The position numbers and the translations under genes were made by a program. Source: Octopus sinensis (lineage: Eukaryota). From it: a stretch of 64,000 nucleotides of DNA. Below are positions 1-12,595 of the stretch, piece by piece. How positions within the stretch are numbered: the stretch's first letter is position 1; every line of letters starts with the position of its first letter. A model generated the notes under the pieces. The model did not search any database. It was not told the origin of the DNA and saw only the letters and a program-made list of their open reading frames with translations. Location of the stretch: the NCBI RefSeq assembly GCF_006345805.1, contig NC_043009.1:55180001-55244000 (forward strand), written 5' to 3'.

Positions 1-90
1 GATGCATATGTAATGGTAGGCAGCACACACTGGTTAAAGGCCTTTCTTTTTAGATACAGGGGCATATTAGTATACCTCCAAAATATGTAT

Positions 91-498
91 ACTCTTTTTC
101 CTCTTTTACTTGTTTCAGTCATTTGACTGCGGCCATGCTGGAGCAATGCCTTTAGTCGAGCAAATCGACACCAGGACTTATTCTTTGTAAACCTAGTACT
201 TATTCTCTTGATCTCTTGTGTTGAACCACTAAGTCACAGTGCCATAAACACGCCAGCATCAGTTGTCAAGCGATGTTGGGGGGATAAACTCAGACACACA
301 AACATACATACACATATATATACATATACATATATACGACAGGCTTCTTTCAGTTTCCGTCTACCAAATCCACTCACAAGGCTTTGGTCGGCCCGGGGCT
401 ATAGTAGAAGACACTTGCCCAAAGTGCCATGCAGTGAGACTGAACCCGGAACCATGTGGCTGGTAAGCAAGCTACTTAACACACAGCCAGTCCTGCAC
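91..498 (-). mobile_element. tRNA-headed SINE, family A (octopus OR-type SINE-like), near full length
   Basis: Reverse complement of the copy at 57099-57510 (head ..gctgtgtggtaagtagcttgcttaccagccacatggttccgggttcagtctcactgc.., tail ..gactgaaacaagtaaaagag). Confidence 0.85.
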
Positions 499-574
499 CT
501 ATTTATTAAACTTTTAAAAGAAGTGGGTGACAGTGTAACTTGTTTATGATTTTTTGTTTGTTTTATACTAATAG

Positions 575-720
575 ATCAAAGGAATTTAGGAATGTCAATG
601 AGAGTTGAACGGTCATCACTGGATCAGGTGAAAAAGAGATTTGAAATGAATAAAAGAAAGCAAGAAGATAAGAAAAAAGAATATGATTTTGAAGAGAGAA
701 TGAAAGAATTAAGAGAAGAA
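575..720 (+). CDS. ZMAT2: Zinc finger matrin-type protein 2 (Snu23 homologue), penultimate coding exon
   Basis: Acceptor ..ctaatag|575, donor 720|gtaagt. Translates (H)QRNLGMSMRVERSSLDQVKKRFEMNKRKQEDKKKEYDFEERMKELREE, matching the recalled conserved ZMAT2 segment. Earlier exons lie upstream of the window. Confidence 0.95.
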
Positions 721-776
721 GTAAGTATTTTTCTGATGAAGCATTTCACATTTTACTGTAGATAAATTGATATGTA

Positions 777-1010
777 TTGGAACAAGTATGGTTGTATGGT
801 AAGAAATTTTTTTCCAAATTACATGATTTTGGGTTCAGATCCACTGCTAGGCACCAAGGGCAAGTGTCTTGTACTATTGCACCAGGCCAACCAAAGCCTT
901 GTAAGTGGATACTGAACAAAGCCCATAGTGTGTTTGTGTATGTGTGTGTTAATCTCCTTGTCTCATCAGCACATGATAGTTGTGCATGTCACTATCATGG
1001 AAGCAGACAT
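777..1010 (+). mobile_element. Degraded SINE family A fragment
   Basis: ggttgtatggtaagaa..gggttcagatccactgctaggcacc..ggccaaccaaagccttgtaagtggat resembles the family A head and core. Confidence 0.6.
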
Positions 1011-1446
1011 GTCATGACAGTGGACATGCCTTCAGCGTGGAATGCAAGCAAATAATACCCTCAGTGTGAACAGTGAGGCTGTTGTTTTATAAACTCACCC
1101 ACACAAACATTTTCACACATACATACATATATATGTTACATACCCGAGATGGTTTCCTTCTTCAGTTTCCATCAAGCAGATTGACTCACAAAGTATGGAC
1201 TGAAGGCAAGGATTATAGCAGCATTCATCAACTTAATAAGGAGACCATCTAAAAGAGTTGCAGGAGATTCCAAAGTCATTTGGAGGTTGTGTTTGAAGCC
1301 AATGGCGATTTTATTGGATAAATTTACTCTTTAGTATTTCAAGATATTTTTATGTAGTTTTGGTAAATATATCTATTAAAATGAGATGTCAGTGTTATTT
1401 TCATTTTTATGTAATTTAGATGATAATATATTCACCGCACCCTCAT

Positions 1447-1901
1447 GAAGTGAGTTCATGGCTCGCAGGATGGCCTGCTGTGCTTACCTTGGATCGTAGG
1501 GTGACCTGCTGTGCTTGAGGAGACCTATTGAGTCAAGTACATCAACATCAAAATAAAAATCAAATGGAAATTGTAGTTGTGATACCCGTGCCGGTGGCAT
1601 GTAAAAAGCACCATCCAAATGTGGCTGATGCCAGTCTCCTTGACTGGCGTCCATGCCGGTGGCACGAAAAAGCACCAACCAATCGTGGCTGTTGCCAGCC
1701 TCCTCTGGCTCCTGTGCTGGTGGTACATAAAAAGCACCCACTACACTCACAGAGTGGTTGGCATTAGGAAGGGCATCCAGCTGTAGAAACACTGCCAGAT
1801 CAGAATGGAGCCTGGTGCAGCCTCCTGGCTTCCCAGACCCTGGTTGAACTGTCCAACTGATGCTAGCATGGAAAACAGGCATTAAACGATGATGATGATG
1901 T
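1447..1901 (+). mobile_element. RTE-clade LINE 3' UTR (5'-truncated copy) with (GAT)n tail
   Basis: The start matches the post-stop region of the ORF-bearing copy at 4345-4795 (gtgagttcatgg..gaggagacctattgag..atcaaatggaaattg). Ends in ..catgctagcatggaaaacaggcattaaacgatgatgatgatg. Confidence 0.85.
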
Positions 1902-2340
1902 ATAAAGTTATAGATATTTTACTAAGTCTGTCTAAAATTTTGAGTATATTGGAAATTAATTTGAAAGATTTAGTGTATTTTGTTGCATCTGAGGATAGTC
2001 ATTCACATGATGAATGCTAAACACAGTGCACTGATTCTATTCACTTCTTTTATTATGATTAGTCAATTCATTAACAGCTAACAAATGAACTAAATCAGTT
2101 GTTTGATTAATTGTTTGGGCAATTAATCAACTAGATTTGGCAGTGTTCTTTTATTTCCATTCGCAACCTCATCAAAGACATGCCCTCTACCCTAGGTCTG
2201 CTTCAGATCTGTCTGCCTGTCTATTTGTTAGGCATGTAATCATGAAAGTGTTAAATTGGAGGTGAAATATCTTCAGTTATTTATTTATTATTTTATTACG
2301 TTATAGTGATATATTTGTAATTTTTAAACTATCTTTTTAG

Positions 2341-2475
2341 GAAGAAAAACAAAAAGCTTATCGTCGAGAACGTAAAAGAGCTGGCAAAAAGAGAGCTGAC
2401 GAAGATTATGAACCAGGAGATCCTGACATGGCAGCTGTGATGGGATTTTCAGGATTTGGCACAGGGAAAAAATAA
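2341..2475 (+). CDS. ZMAT2: ZMAT2 terminal coding exon
   Basis: Acceptor ..atctttttag|2341, phase 0 matches the previous exon. Translates EEKQKAYRRERKRAGKKRADEDYEPGDPDMAAVMGFSGFGTGKK*, with the characteristic MAAVMGFSGFG C-terminal motif. Confidence 0.95.
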   Translation, partial: EEKQKAYRRERKRAGKKRADEDYEPGDPDMAAVMGFSGFGTGKK

Positions 2476-2489
2476 CAATTCATTCATTG

Positions 2490-2495
2490 AATAAA
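2490..2495 (+). terminator. Putative ZMAT2 polyadenylation signal AATAAA
   Basis: First AATAAA 14 nt after the stop codon, followed by a T-rich run at 2512-2523. Confidence 0.5.
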
Positions 2496-2589
2496 GAGAC
2501 ATTTCGTACAGTTTTTTTTTTTTAAAAAAAAGGAAAAAGAAAACAAAAATTCACATCATTTCACAACAATTCATCAGTCTTAAAGAAAT

Positions 2590-2801
2590 TTAACTGTAAT
2601 TGACTCTAGGGCACCTCAACCATCCAGGAGGGTTGCAATACAAACAGTAGCACAGAATGTGGGAGTGGAGGGGCATCCGAGTGTCCTGCCCAGGATACAG
2701 CCTGGCCCTCTTGGAGTGTAAAGAATTTAGGGCTGAAACACTTGTATGAGTCTTCTCTGCAGACTTTCTGCTGTTTAACTCTCCCAAGAGGTTCTTCCTA
2801 C
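2590..2801 (-). CDS. Candidate terminal exon (possibly of the HMG-box gene)
   Basis: Acceptor ..aaatctaattag|2801, phase 1. Open to a stop at 2590: RKNLLGELNSRKSAEKTHTSVSALNSLHSKRARLYPGQDTRMPLHSHILCYCLYCNPPGWLRCPRVNYS*. GC-richer than its flanks; no recognised homology. Confidence 0.35.
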
Positions 2802-3933
2802 CTAATTAGATTTCAGTAAAATTTGCAGTTTCAAAATTTCCAAGTGGTTGTAAATGTAAACATGTTGAACCTCACATCACTCTTGGTCAAGCTGACTTAT
2901 GATTAAAGTCATTCCAGCCGTGTTCAACCAATCTTTTTAAGGGTATGTTGGATAACATTATCCAATGGGTGCTTAATAATTGGAGATTAGTTTGTATATA
3001 CTGTGAACAATCATTGTGAAATTTATAAATATTTTTTCAATTCAGGAATTTGATTTTGGCTTTTTCCTTTTTTTTTTTCCTTTCCACTTGACCAAAATTT
3101 GGTGTTTTCATTAGAGATGAATGCCAGAGCAAGAACTGCAAACTTTTATAAAAATAAGTTTCATGACATCATATTGGTGTGAGATTGAAAAAGAAATCAT
3201 GTTCCACTTGAAATATATATACATGTATGTGTGTGTGTGTGTGCATGTATACATACATACATATACACACACACACACATACATACATGTTCTTTCATCA
3301 TATACTGTAATGATCATTTTCGTTCTTGTACCAGAATTATATTATATCCTTTATCTTCATTTTTTATTTATTACAATAACGTTTTTGTTTTTTTACAAAC
3401 AAGAATCATCTTTTGTTATTTCTGTTATTTTTCCATGTTCAGATCTCACCATAGTTAACTATACTTTTCAATCAGAATTTCCAAATGGTTGCAAACACAA
3501 GCATATGTTGTTGTTGTTGTTATTGTTGTTTTATCCCAGGTCAGCCATGACTAGTACTTATGTCATTGACCCTCTCAAGAGGTCAATAAAATAAGTACTG
3601 GTCAAATCTGTGCCTTTCCATAAAATTAAAAATTACCTTTCACAATGTATTTATATTAAGTATGATGCACAATGGCTGTTTAAATCTAATGCTGTTTCTG
3701 TTGCATATAACAGTTTTTTTTCTTTCACTGGGCAACTATTCACAGCACCAGTGATTGTCTATTCATTATTTTCCTATAAATCAGTGGCAACCTAAGCTTG
3801 TGATTGGCTGTTAGTACATACTATTGACAATGCCCATTCGAAGCAGAAAAACATCTAGTATTCTCGTCACCTGGTGCTTGGATAATTTTCATCTGCTTCC
3901 AATATAAATTGTGCTTTGAAACATAATGTATAT

Positions 3934-4250
3934 TGGTGTGTAGCTTAGTGGTTAGGGTATTCAGCTCTTGATTGTAAGATCATGAGTTCAATTTCTGGCA
4001 GCACATGGTGTTGTTGAACAAGGCACTTTATTTTTCATTGCTCCAGTCCACTCAGCTGGCAAAAATGAGCTGTACCCGTAATCCAAAAGGCCAGCCTTGT
4101 CACATACTGTGTCATGCTGAATCTCCTTGAAAACTAGTTTAAGGGTGTGCATGTCTGTGGATTGCTCAGACACTTGCATGTTAATTTCACAAGCAAGCTG
4201 TTCTGTTGATCAAATCGACTGGAACCCTCGTCGTCATAACCAACAGACTG
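3934..4250 (+). mobile_element. tRNA-headed SINE, distinct family (D)
   Basis: A-box-like tagcttagtggttag, B-box-like gagttcaatttc, then ttgaacaaggcactttattt core-like segment. Confidence 0.65.
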
Positions 4251-4344
4251 CCAGTTTATATGAATTTATATATAGTAAATTTGCAATTCACAGTGCATTT
4301 ACATTAAGTGTAATGTCAGTGTGCACACATGACAGAGTGTAAGT

Positions 4345-4795
4345 GCCCTGAGAGAAATGTTGGACATAAGAAGCATTGGATGTGGCGTGCAAGAGAGACG
4401 TTTGTGCTGGTATGGTCATATACTACGGATGGATGAGGAGAGATGTATGAAGAAGTGCCACTCCCAAACAGTTGAAGGAATCCGGGGTAGAGGTAGACCC
4501 AGGAAGACATGGGATGAGGTGGTCAAGCATGACCTTTGAACGTTGGGCCTCACAGAGGCAATGATGAAAGACAGAGACCTCTGGAGATATGCTGTGACTG
4601 CAGAGACCCGACAAATAAAGTGAGTTCATGGTTGTATCCTACACCAGCTTCACATAACCAGCCCCAGCCCATTCAAAGTACCTTGGATTGCAGGATGGCC
4701 TGCTGTGCTTAACTTGGATCATAGGGCGACCTGCTGTGCTTGAGGAGACCTATTGAGTTAAGTACATCAACATCAAAATCAAATGGAAATTGTAC
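4345..4795 (+). mobile_element. RTE-clade LINE: ORF2 C-terminus plus start of 3' UTR
   Basis: EMLDIRSIGCGVQERRLCWYGHILRMDEERCMKKCH..GRGRPRKTWDEVVKHDL*..DRDLWR; the R-W-GH and GRP-KTW motifs are typical of the RTE C-terminus. Confidence 0.85.
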
Positions 4796-5789
4796 ATACA
4801 GGTCAATGTGTGTGTTTGTGTCTCCTTTTGTTGGCCCAGAGTTATAGCAGAAGATACTTGCCTAAGGTACCATGCAGTAGGACTAAACTCAAGACAACAT
4901 GGTTGGAAACCTAGCTTCTTGACCACACAGATGCACCTATGGATTATAATCAAAAAGCTCACAGATTATTAACAATTTTATTTTCTGATAAATGTATCCC
5001 ATAATCCGTGTATAAAAATTTCATCTTCAGTCTGATAGAAAGCATCATATTGAAACTGATAGCTGTGGAAAGTTTTCATAATGACACTGCAAGCTAACAT
5101 AATCACTTGTGAATTATATCATTGTTTTAACATCCACTTCTCCAGGTTTGCATGGGTCAGATGGGTTTATTGGGGCAGATTTTCCTCCCATCACCAATCC
5201 CCACCTGTTTCCAAACAAGGCAATATTTTTCTATGGCCAGGCATGTTCTAACTGAATACTGAAAATGAATTACACTGCCTGTATGACAGAGACCACCATC
5301 TTACAACTAAAATGTGATGTCAATACACACCTGCAAGTGTATACATACACACAGAACAGGCCTCTTAAAATTTCTATCACATCCACTCACAAGATTTTGG
5401 TTGACCTGGAGCTATAGTAGAAGACATGCCCTAGGGGCCACACAACGGGACTGAAGCCATGTGGTTAGGAAGAAGACTTCTTAACTGCACAGCCACATCT
5501 ATACTATTACTTGTTTATATAAAACTGCAGCTACTCCTAATATCTCTTTCCTGTTAGATGACTTGGACATTGAACATGAGCCACAAACATATTGGTTTCT
5601 AGTCAAACAACCAACTGACTTGACCAGCTTTGGCAGTTGTTAAAGTTACTTCTTAATATTAGTCCAAAGAGCATTTTGTGTAAATAATTTAACTGAATTG
5701 CAGAAGGACTTGAACAACAAACTGAATACATGTATATTTGTGATGAGATTAAGATTAAAGATTATGAAACCTTGAAGCAAGTGATTTGT

Positions 5790-5945
5790 ATAACTGGGTT
5801 GCACAAACGGCAACCACTTGGTTTCATGTTCAGTCCCACTGCATGGCACTTTGGGGCAAATATCTTCTCCTGTAACTTCATGCCAAACAATGCCTTGTGA
5901 GTAAATTTCGTAAACAGAAACTGTGTGGAAGCCTAACACACACAC
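5790..5945 (+). mobile_element. SINE family A fragment
   Basis: ..gttcagtcccactgcatggcactttgggcaaa..ccttgtgagtaaatt..gaaactgtgtggaagcc. Confidence 0.65.
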
Positions 5946-5979
5946 ACATATATAATGTGTGTGTGTCTGTAGAAATTAC

Positions 5980-6252
5980 CACCTGTGTCATCTCTTGTGA
6001 AGGGTAAGAGAGTCCAGTTTGCTGGACATTGTTGTAGAGCTGAAAAAGAAGTAATTTCTACTCTTCTCCTCTGGAAGCCATCTACTCGCAACACCAGAGG
6101 GCGCACACTCTCCTACCCTGATGTAATCTCCAGGGATACAGGCATCCAGCAACAGGACCTCCGTAATGCTATGATGGACCGTGAAGTCTGGCGCAACATG
6201 GTAAATTCCATTGTCTCGACCACGGTCGAACAATGATGATGATGATGATGAT
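5980..6252 (+). mobile_element. Second RTE-clade LINE family, uninterrupted ORF2 C-terminus running directly into a (TGA)n tail
   Basis: PVSSLVKGKRVQFAGHCCRAEKEVISTLLLWKP..RGRTLSYPDVISRDTG..AMMDREVWRNMV..EQ*; the stop codon is the first TGA of the tail. Confidence 0.8.
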
Positions 6253-7224
6253 GTGTGTGTCTATGTATATGTCTGTCTGATCCCACCCACCACTTGACAA
6301 CTGGAGTTGGTTTGTTTATGTCCATCATAACTTAATGGTTTGGCACAAGAAACTAATAGAATAAATACCAGACTTAAAATAAGAAAGTACTGGAGTTGAT
6401 TTGGTTGACTAAAACCCTTCAAAGATGTGCCTTAGCATGTCAGATCACCTATAGATACATTTAATTTTAGACTAAATTTGTAGGAACAAGGATGAGACAA
6501 CAGTCGTGATTTACCCATCATCATCATTTAAAGTCCATTGTCTATGCTGGCATTGATCGGACAGTTTCATAGAGTCAGACCAGCCACAGAATACTGCATC
6601 AGGCCCCAATGTCAGCTTTGACTTGTTTTCTACAGCAGGATGTTCTTCCTTTTGTTGCACCAATAGTAGTGAGATTGCCAAGTAACTTACGAAACAAAGT
6701 AAAGAAAGAAGGAAAAAAGCCAACCTCAGCCCCACTCCCAACTGAGAAGGAATGTATTTGAAAGAAGTGACTTTATGCCAAGTGTTGAAGGTTAACGTAT
6801 GATAGAGGGACAAGCACAGGTGTCTTACTAATAGAGGCTACCCCACATTATGTGAGGGTGGGTGAGACTAACTGGAAGGGAGACAGTGCTAGAGCATACC
6901 CTCAATGTACAAAAAAGCTGAGTATAAGGGAGAATATAGACTGGATCAGGAATGAAGAAAATGGTGGGTAATTTCATAAGTGTGTGGGAGGATAGTGACA
7001 GTTGGTTAGCGATTGAGCTAGAGGTGGATGTAGTGAGTCATAAAAAAGGTTGGTGTGGTTTTATTATATTAGCAAAAGCTGAAATATATTAGTAGTGAAG
7101 AGAATATAGTTGACTAAAGCAATACTATTTATCATATGTCTGGTACTTACTGTATTGCTAACACAGGGAATAAAAGCAATGTTGCCACTCTACTGGGATT
7201 GAACAGAAGAAATATGGTGGGAGA

Positions 7225-7515
7225 CTAAGTTTTGTAAGCATTAAGTATGGCAATATATTGCTTCTGCAATAATGATTTTTCATATTGAAGCACCATCCGA
7301 TTGTGGCCGTTGCCAGCCTCGTCTGGCACTTGTGCCGGTGGGACGTAAAAAGCACCCACTACACTCACGGAGTGGTTGTCGTTAGGAAGGGCATCCAGCT
7401 GTAGAAACACTGCCAGTTCAGACTGGGCCTGGTGCAGCCTTCTGGCTTCCCAGACCCCAGTTGAACCGTCCAACCCATGCTAGCATGGAAAATGGACGTT
7501 AAACGATGATGATGA
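7225..7515 (+). mobile_element. RTE-clade LINE 3' UTR fragment
   Basis: Same ..ttaggaagggcatccagctgtagaaac..catgctagcatggaaaatggacgttaaacgatgatgatg end as 1447-1901. Confidence 0.85.
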
Positions 7516-7593
7516 CACAAAGGTTTTTTTTTTTATCTTAGAGGAAATGTGCCATGAAAATGCACTTGGTACACTGTGAAGTGATTGGTATTA

Positions 7594-7830
7594 GGCGGCG
7601 AGCTGGCAGAAACGTTAGCACGGCGAGCGAAATGCTTAGTGGTATTTTGTCTGCGTTACGTTGTGAGTTCAAATTCCGCCGAGGTCGACTTTGCCTTTCA
7701 TCCTTTCGGGGGTCGATAAATTAAGTACCAGTCACACACTGGGGTCGATGGAATCGACTTAATATCTATGTCTGTCCTTGTTTGTCCTCTCTATGTTTAA
7801 GCCCCTGTGGGTAATAAAGAAATAGGTATT
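7594..7830 (+). mobile_element. tRNA-headed SINE, family B
   Basis: ggcggcgagctggcagaaacgttagc..gagttcaaattccgccgaggtcgactttgcctttcatcctttcggggtcgataaattaagtacc; related partial copies at 24693-24810, 31690-31910 (-) and 32055-32260 (-). Confidence 0.8.
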
Positions 7831-8805
7831 AGGAAGAGTATTTAGTCATAGAAGTTATACCAAAGAAGATATCGGTGTGTGACACTAACCATCAAACCAT
7901 CCAACTCATGATAGCATAGAAACTGGGTGTGGTATGATGAGGAAATCAGAGGAAGCCTTATTGATGTGCTGTGTTCATTAGTCAGTAGTAAAAAGCTACC
8001 CGATAGAAGACAATGACTTGGGGAGAAATGGCAAGGACAGGTTTCAGATTGAAGTATGTTGATATAATGATACAAGTAATATATTCAAATATTTTAATCA
8101 CAATTTAGATTTGCATGGAAAACAAAGTTAATACTTGTTTGAAGCCAGTAAATGAATATTCTTTAAGCTGAAGAGAGCAAAAATGACCATCACAATGTCT
8201 CCACATAAAATACAAGAGTAAGGGATATAATGAAATCTTTTGTGAATTTCACCAGCTTTTTCATAAATTCATAAGATGAAAAAACATATTCACATTATTG
8301 TGCTTCCAAGTACTTGGATCAAACTTACAAAATGTCCAGGAGGAAGCGATAGCTTTGAATAATGCTTAGTGGTTGTTGTTCAGTCCTGATCAAGAACACA
8401 ATATGATCAAATGTGTTCCAGCCTTTCCAGACTACCTTGTCTTTCTGTATATTCCTGGGTATGTCCAATCTAACCTTTTAAGACAGTAGGTGTAATTTGA
8501 GGTACATCTGACTGTTATTTCTAGTAGATTGAGAGACCACATAGAGGCTCCCTCATTGGCTTTATTCTTATAAGACTGATAAAAATGTTTTTTTATTTTT
8601 TTATAGTTGTTCCAGATTGCTTTCTTTAAATTATTTCAAACATTCAGCTTATTTTATTTTAGACATCAAGAGTCAGTTTCTAAGCAAGATCATTCTTTCA
8701 ATGATAAATGACAATTGCAATTAGATTTCTATTTGACTGAAAGAATATTTATACAAGTCTAATAACTTAATACATGCTTCATTACAACTGACAGGCATAA
8801 GTTAC

Positions 8806-8943
8806 TTCTTGTGAATTGACTTTGTGATCTGTCTAGATTTATTGATGTAATATAGTCAATGTTTGGAGGTTTATAGAGAGTGTCACAATTTTCTTTCTGC
8901 TTCTCATTTGCAACTGCTTGAAACCTTAATCTATATTGAGTTT
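8806..8943 (-). CDS. Candidate internal exon (phase 1-1)
   Basis: Acceptor ..tttggtaattttag|8943, possible donor 8806|gtaact. 138 nt, TQYRLRFQAVANEKQKENCDTLYKPPNIDYITSINLDRSQSQFTR; phase-compatible with 2590-2801. Confidence 0.3.
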
Positions 8944-10305
8944 CTAAAATTACCAAACAATTTTTTTTTCTTTATGAGACAATTTCCTTTAATGTTATAC
9001 AGAAGTAAATTGCTTTTTCCACATTGACAGGGAGAATAATACCAGTATCCTGAAAATGTTAACATGTGATAGCATTGAATTTCTATGGCTAAGTTTTATC
9101 TTCAGATTTCAGCAAGACTTGCCAATGTAAAAGGAAAAAAAAAATACAAGTATAATATACAGAGTTAATTTAGAGTAAAGTAACTTAGTATTAACATGGA
9201 AAACAAACACTGTTTCTAAGGTGGCTTAAATTAAACTAGTCATACAAGTTCTTCACTAATGACCAGGTGTTGCAAACTAATGTGAACACCACTTGTTAGC
9301 CTAAGTGAACCAGGCCTGTTTTCATTATATATTGGAAAGTTTACCATACAGTTTGATTTTTTTTTTAAACAGCTTTCCAGCCTTTTTCAGGTATTCCATT
9401 AACCTTCTGCTGAATTTTGCACTCAATATTTATTGATGTAACTTGTATTCATAGCTAGTTAGGATAATGAGCCAGACACTTACCACATTGTATAGATTTA
9501 AGCAACAACTTGTTCATAAAATCTGAATGTCTTATAGAGGAAGAGGAGGCGGATAATGATGATGATGATGATGATTATAGCTATTGTAATTATCAAGCAC
9601 AAATGGTTTGGGTTATTTTTCTTTCTTTCACTTTCTCATAATGACATGGCTTTAGAGATGTCAATTCTACATGTTTTTAGACAAACATTGAAGCAGTTAT
9701 ATATATATTTATATACTGCATGAAATCAAAATTAGATTCTGCTTTGACAATAAACATTTTGCTTCAGTCATGAATTAAAAGAAAGACGACACCTTCAATA
9801 AACCAATGCGATAAATTTTCAAAATAACACAAAAGGGACATTACTGACATAAACAGTTTGAAAAGCATTTTTGACATGAAAAACAAATCCAAACTTGTTT
9901 TGGTACTTTTAGCCCTTTCCAGATAGAAACATTTGAGACAACTTCAGCTGTGCACTAGTTTATAAAAACAATATAGGCCAAACACACTAATAATTTTAGT
10001 TCAAATATCTTAAATTTATTCAGTTGTACTTCCCTAGCTATGTTGTGACAGCTTTTCTTTTAGACTTGCTTTACAAAAGATCAATACTGTTATTAGCTTT
10101 TACTGTATGCAGCAATTCACAACAAAAGGACAAATGTATAGTCATTGTACTCATGAAAGTAATAAAAGAGGAAAAAGGAAGTTCTTGTCCATTAAGCTCT
10201 ACTATATGCGCTCTTTAAACACACACAGATTTTATATTTTACCGAGTATTCATAAAGATAAAAATAATGCAAAAGAAATTATAAAAGATATGATCATGTT
10301 GGCAC

Positions 10306-10349
<44 letters not shown>

Positions 10350-10755
10350 AACTGATAAAGGTTGAGAGACTTCTTGATTATGTATAACAAATTATAGTGT
10401 TGGTATCATTATAAATGCACTCAATGCCCTTTTTAATGATCAAGACATGAAGGTAAAAAACATGTACATCTGCAAAATAATAGACCAAACATTTCAAGAA
10501 CAATGATGACAATGAGGATGGTGGGGGTGTAATGTGTGGATGGGCATACTTCAGAACATCCTGAACTCAATATGGATAGCATATGCAGCATCAGTACCAT
10601 GTAAGCACGAAAAACATCCCAAAGGGCAATATGGGAGCCTGCAGCAGTCAGACTTGCCAGAAAGGAATGTCATAATGCTGAACGGCAATACTAACTGCAT
10701 AAATCAGATACAAATAGGAAAAAGCACAATAAATCATCCAACCATCTCAAGCAGG

Positions 10756-12595
10756 TGACAAAAAGGGCAGTACTTGAATTTGAGCATCACATAGTAACCA
10801 ACCCTGACAGTAAGGTGTTCTGGAAATATGTACATTCAAAGCAGAGACTTCACTCTCCGGTTGGTTCTCTTTACAATTTCCACAAAAGCCAGATTACTGA
10901 CGACCCTAAAGAATGTGCAGAACTCATTGCTGAATGCTAAGCAAGTATTTTTGCTATCGTAAACCAAAACATACCATCTTCACCACCTTCGACACCAAAT
11001 TCCATAACTACAGAACTTACACCTGCAATGCTGCGTTGTCACCTCTCCTGGTCTTGGTGTTACGTACCTGCTTCTCAAATGTGTTGGGTTGGGTACTTTC
11101 TTCTGAACCAGCTTTCACTCTTTCAGTTCTGTCTTAAAAACAGTGCTACTCCAGAGCAGTGGAAAACTGCCAGTGTCATTTCTCTGTTCAGAAAGGGTGG
11201 TCGCATGTCACCTGTCAACTATCGTCCAGTCGATTTTACTAGCTGCATTGCCAAACTGATGGAATCCTGTGTCAGAGATACACTCTGGAACTTCTGGAAT
11301 TCTCACAGCCTTATCTGGCCCTCACAATTTGGATTTATACTTAACTCCAGCTGCTGTGATCAACTTATCAAGTTTCTTGGAGAAATCACCCGTGTCACTG
11401 ATGGCGATTTATGGGTGGATGTTGTTTACCTTGACTTTGCTAAAGCTTAAAATTCTGTGCCACACAAAAGACTTACGGCAAATCTCTTTGCAATGGGTGT
11501 GAAAGATGATTTTTTTAACAAGTACTTCATTCTCAGCCAAAAAAAGGTAGTCACAGTTCTAGGACAGCATTCTTCATCCTATGTCATCTAATGTACTGCA
11601 GGAATCCGTTCTTGGTCCCCTTTTGTTTATTGTATACATTAATGATAGAGATGCCAACTTAAAGAATGCCACAGTGCTGAAATATACAGATAACATCAAG
11701 CTGTACCTCGAGATAAAAAAGGACAGATCCTGAACACTCTAGATCTTTTCTGCAATCAGAGCTGGATACAATGCAACAATGGACTGACAACTCAAACTGG
11801 CTGTGGACAAGTGTACCACCATGCATAACACTAATATCAAGAATTCTTCTTGTGAACATGACCTGGGCATGACTGTCATCAGCAATTTGTGCTGGACAAA
11901 GCACGTCTCTAAAATAGTCAAGAATGCAGAGGGGGTTTTGATATCATTCAGAAAGACCTTTGTCAGCCACTCTCCAGCTATCCATTTAAGGCTATCCATT
12001 TAAGCCACACTTAGAATTTGCATCACCAGTCTGGAACCCCTATCTTGCTCAGGACATTGACCTGGGAACTGTTCAGAGATGTGCAACCAAGCAAATACCC
12101 TCCATCAGGCATCTACCATACTCTGAATGCCTTGCTTCTCTGGGCATAGACACATTGAAGCTCTGATGTCTAGCAACTAACTTGGTAAACACCCAAAGAA
12201 TTATTAACCATTGTTCCAGCAACCACCTTGAGCACCTTTTTCAGCTCCATATGTCTAACACATGTGGACATGCCTACAAAGTCAGAAAACAGCACAGTTC
12301 CCATGACTTTTTGGAAACATTTTTTCACACTCAGAGTTGCTGAAGCTTGGAACAAACTACCTGCATCAGTTCTTGGTTGCCAAGACATTGCATCCTTTAA
12401 AACCTCCAGGCTTCCTGAAATTCACCAACACTACACCTGATATCCCCACCTCCATATGCATGCACACATACCATGACTCATACACTGTTAACATTCCTGA
12501 CTTTTGTACATAATTCTATGTACTATGCATGCACATTTGCTGAGTTGTTGTGCACCTGAGCACTATACACAATAATTTCATTATTTTTATTATTT
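10756..12595 (+). mobile_element. Decayed CR1-clade LINE (RT domain, 3' UTR, ATT-rich tail)
   Basis: KVFWKYVHSK; PEQWKTASVISLFRKG..NYRPV..SCIAKLME..SQFGF..YLDFAKA; QESVLGPLLFIVYIND; YTDN (decayed YADD); HFFTLRVAEAWNKLP; many stops and frameshifts. Confidence 0.9.

Noticed and set aside
3121-3594. 157-aa + strand ORF
   Set aside because: Built from microsatellite and T-rich low-complexity sequence; no splice or homology support.
3552-3598. Hairpin agtacttat..attgacc..ggtcaat..ataagtact
   Set aside because: Explained by two inverted fragments of the SINE family B core; short and imperfect.
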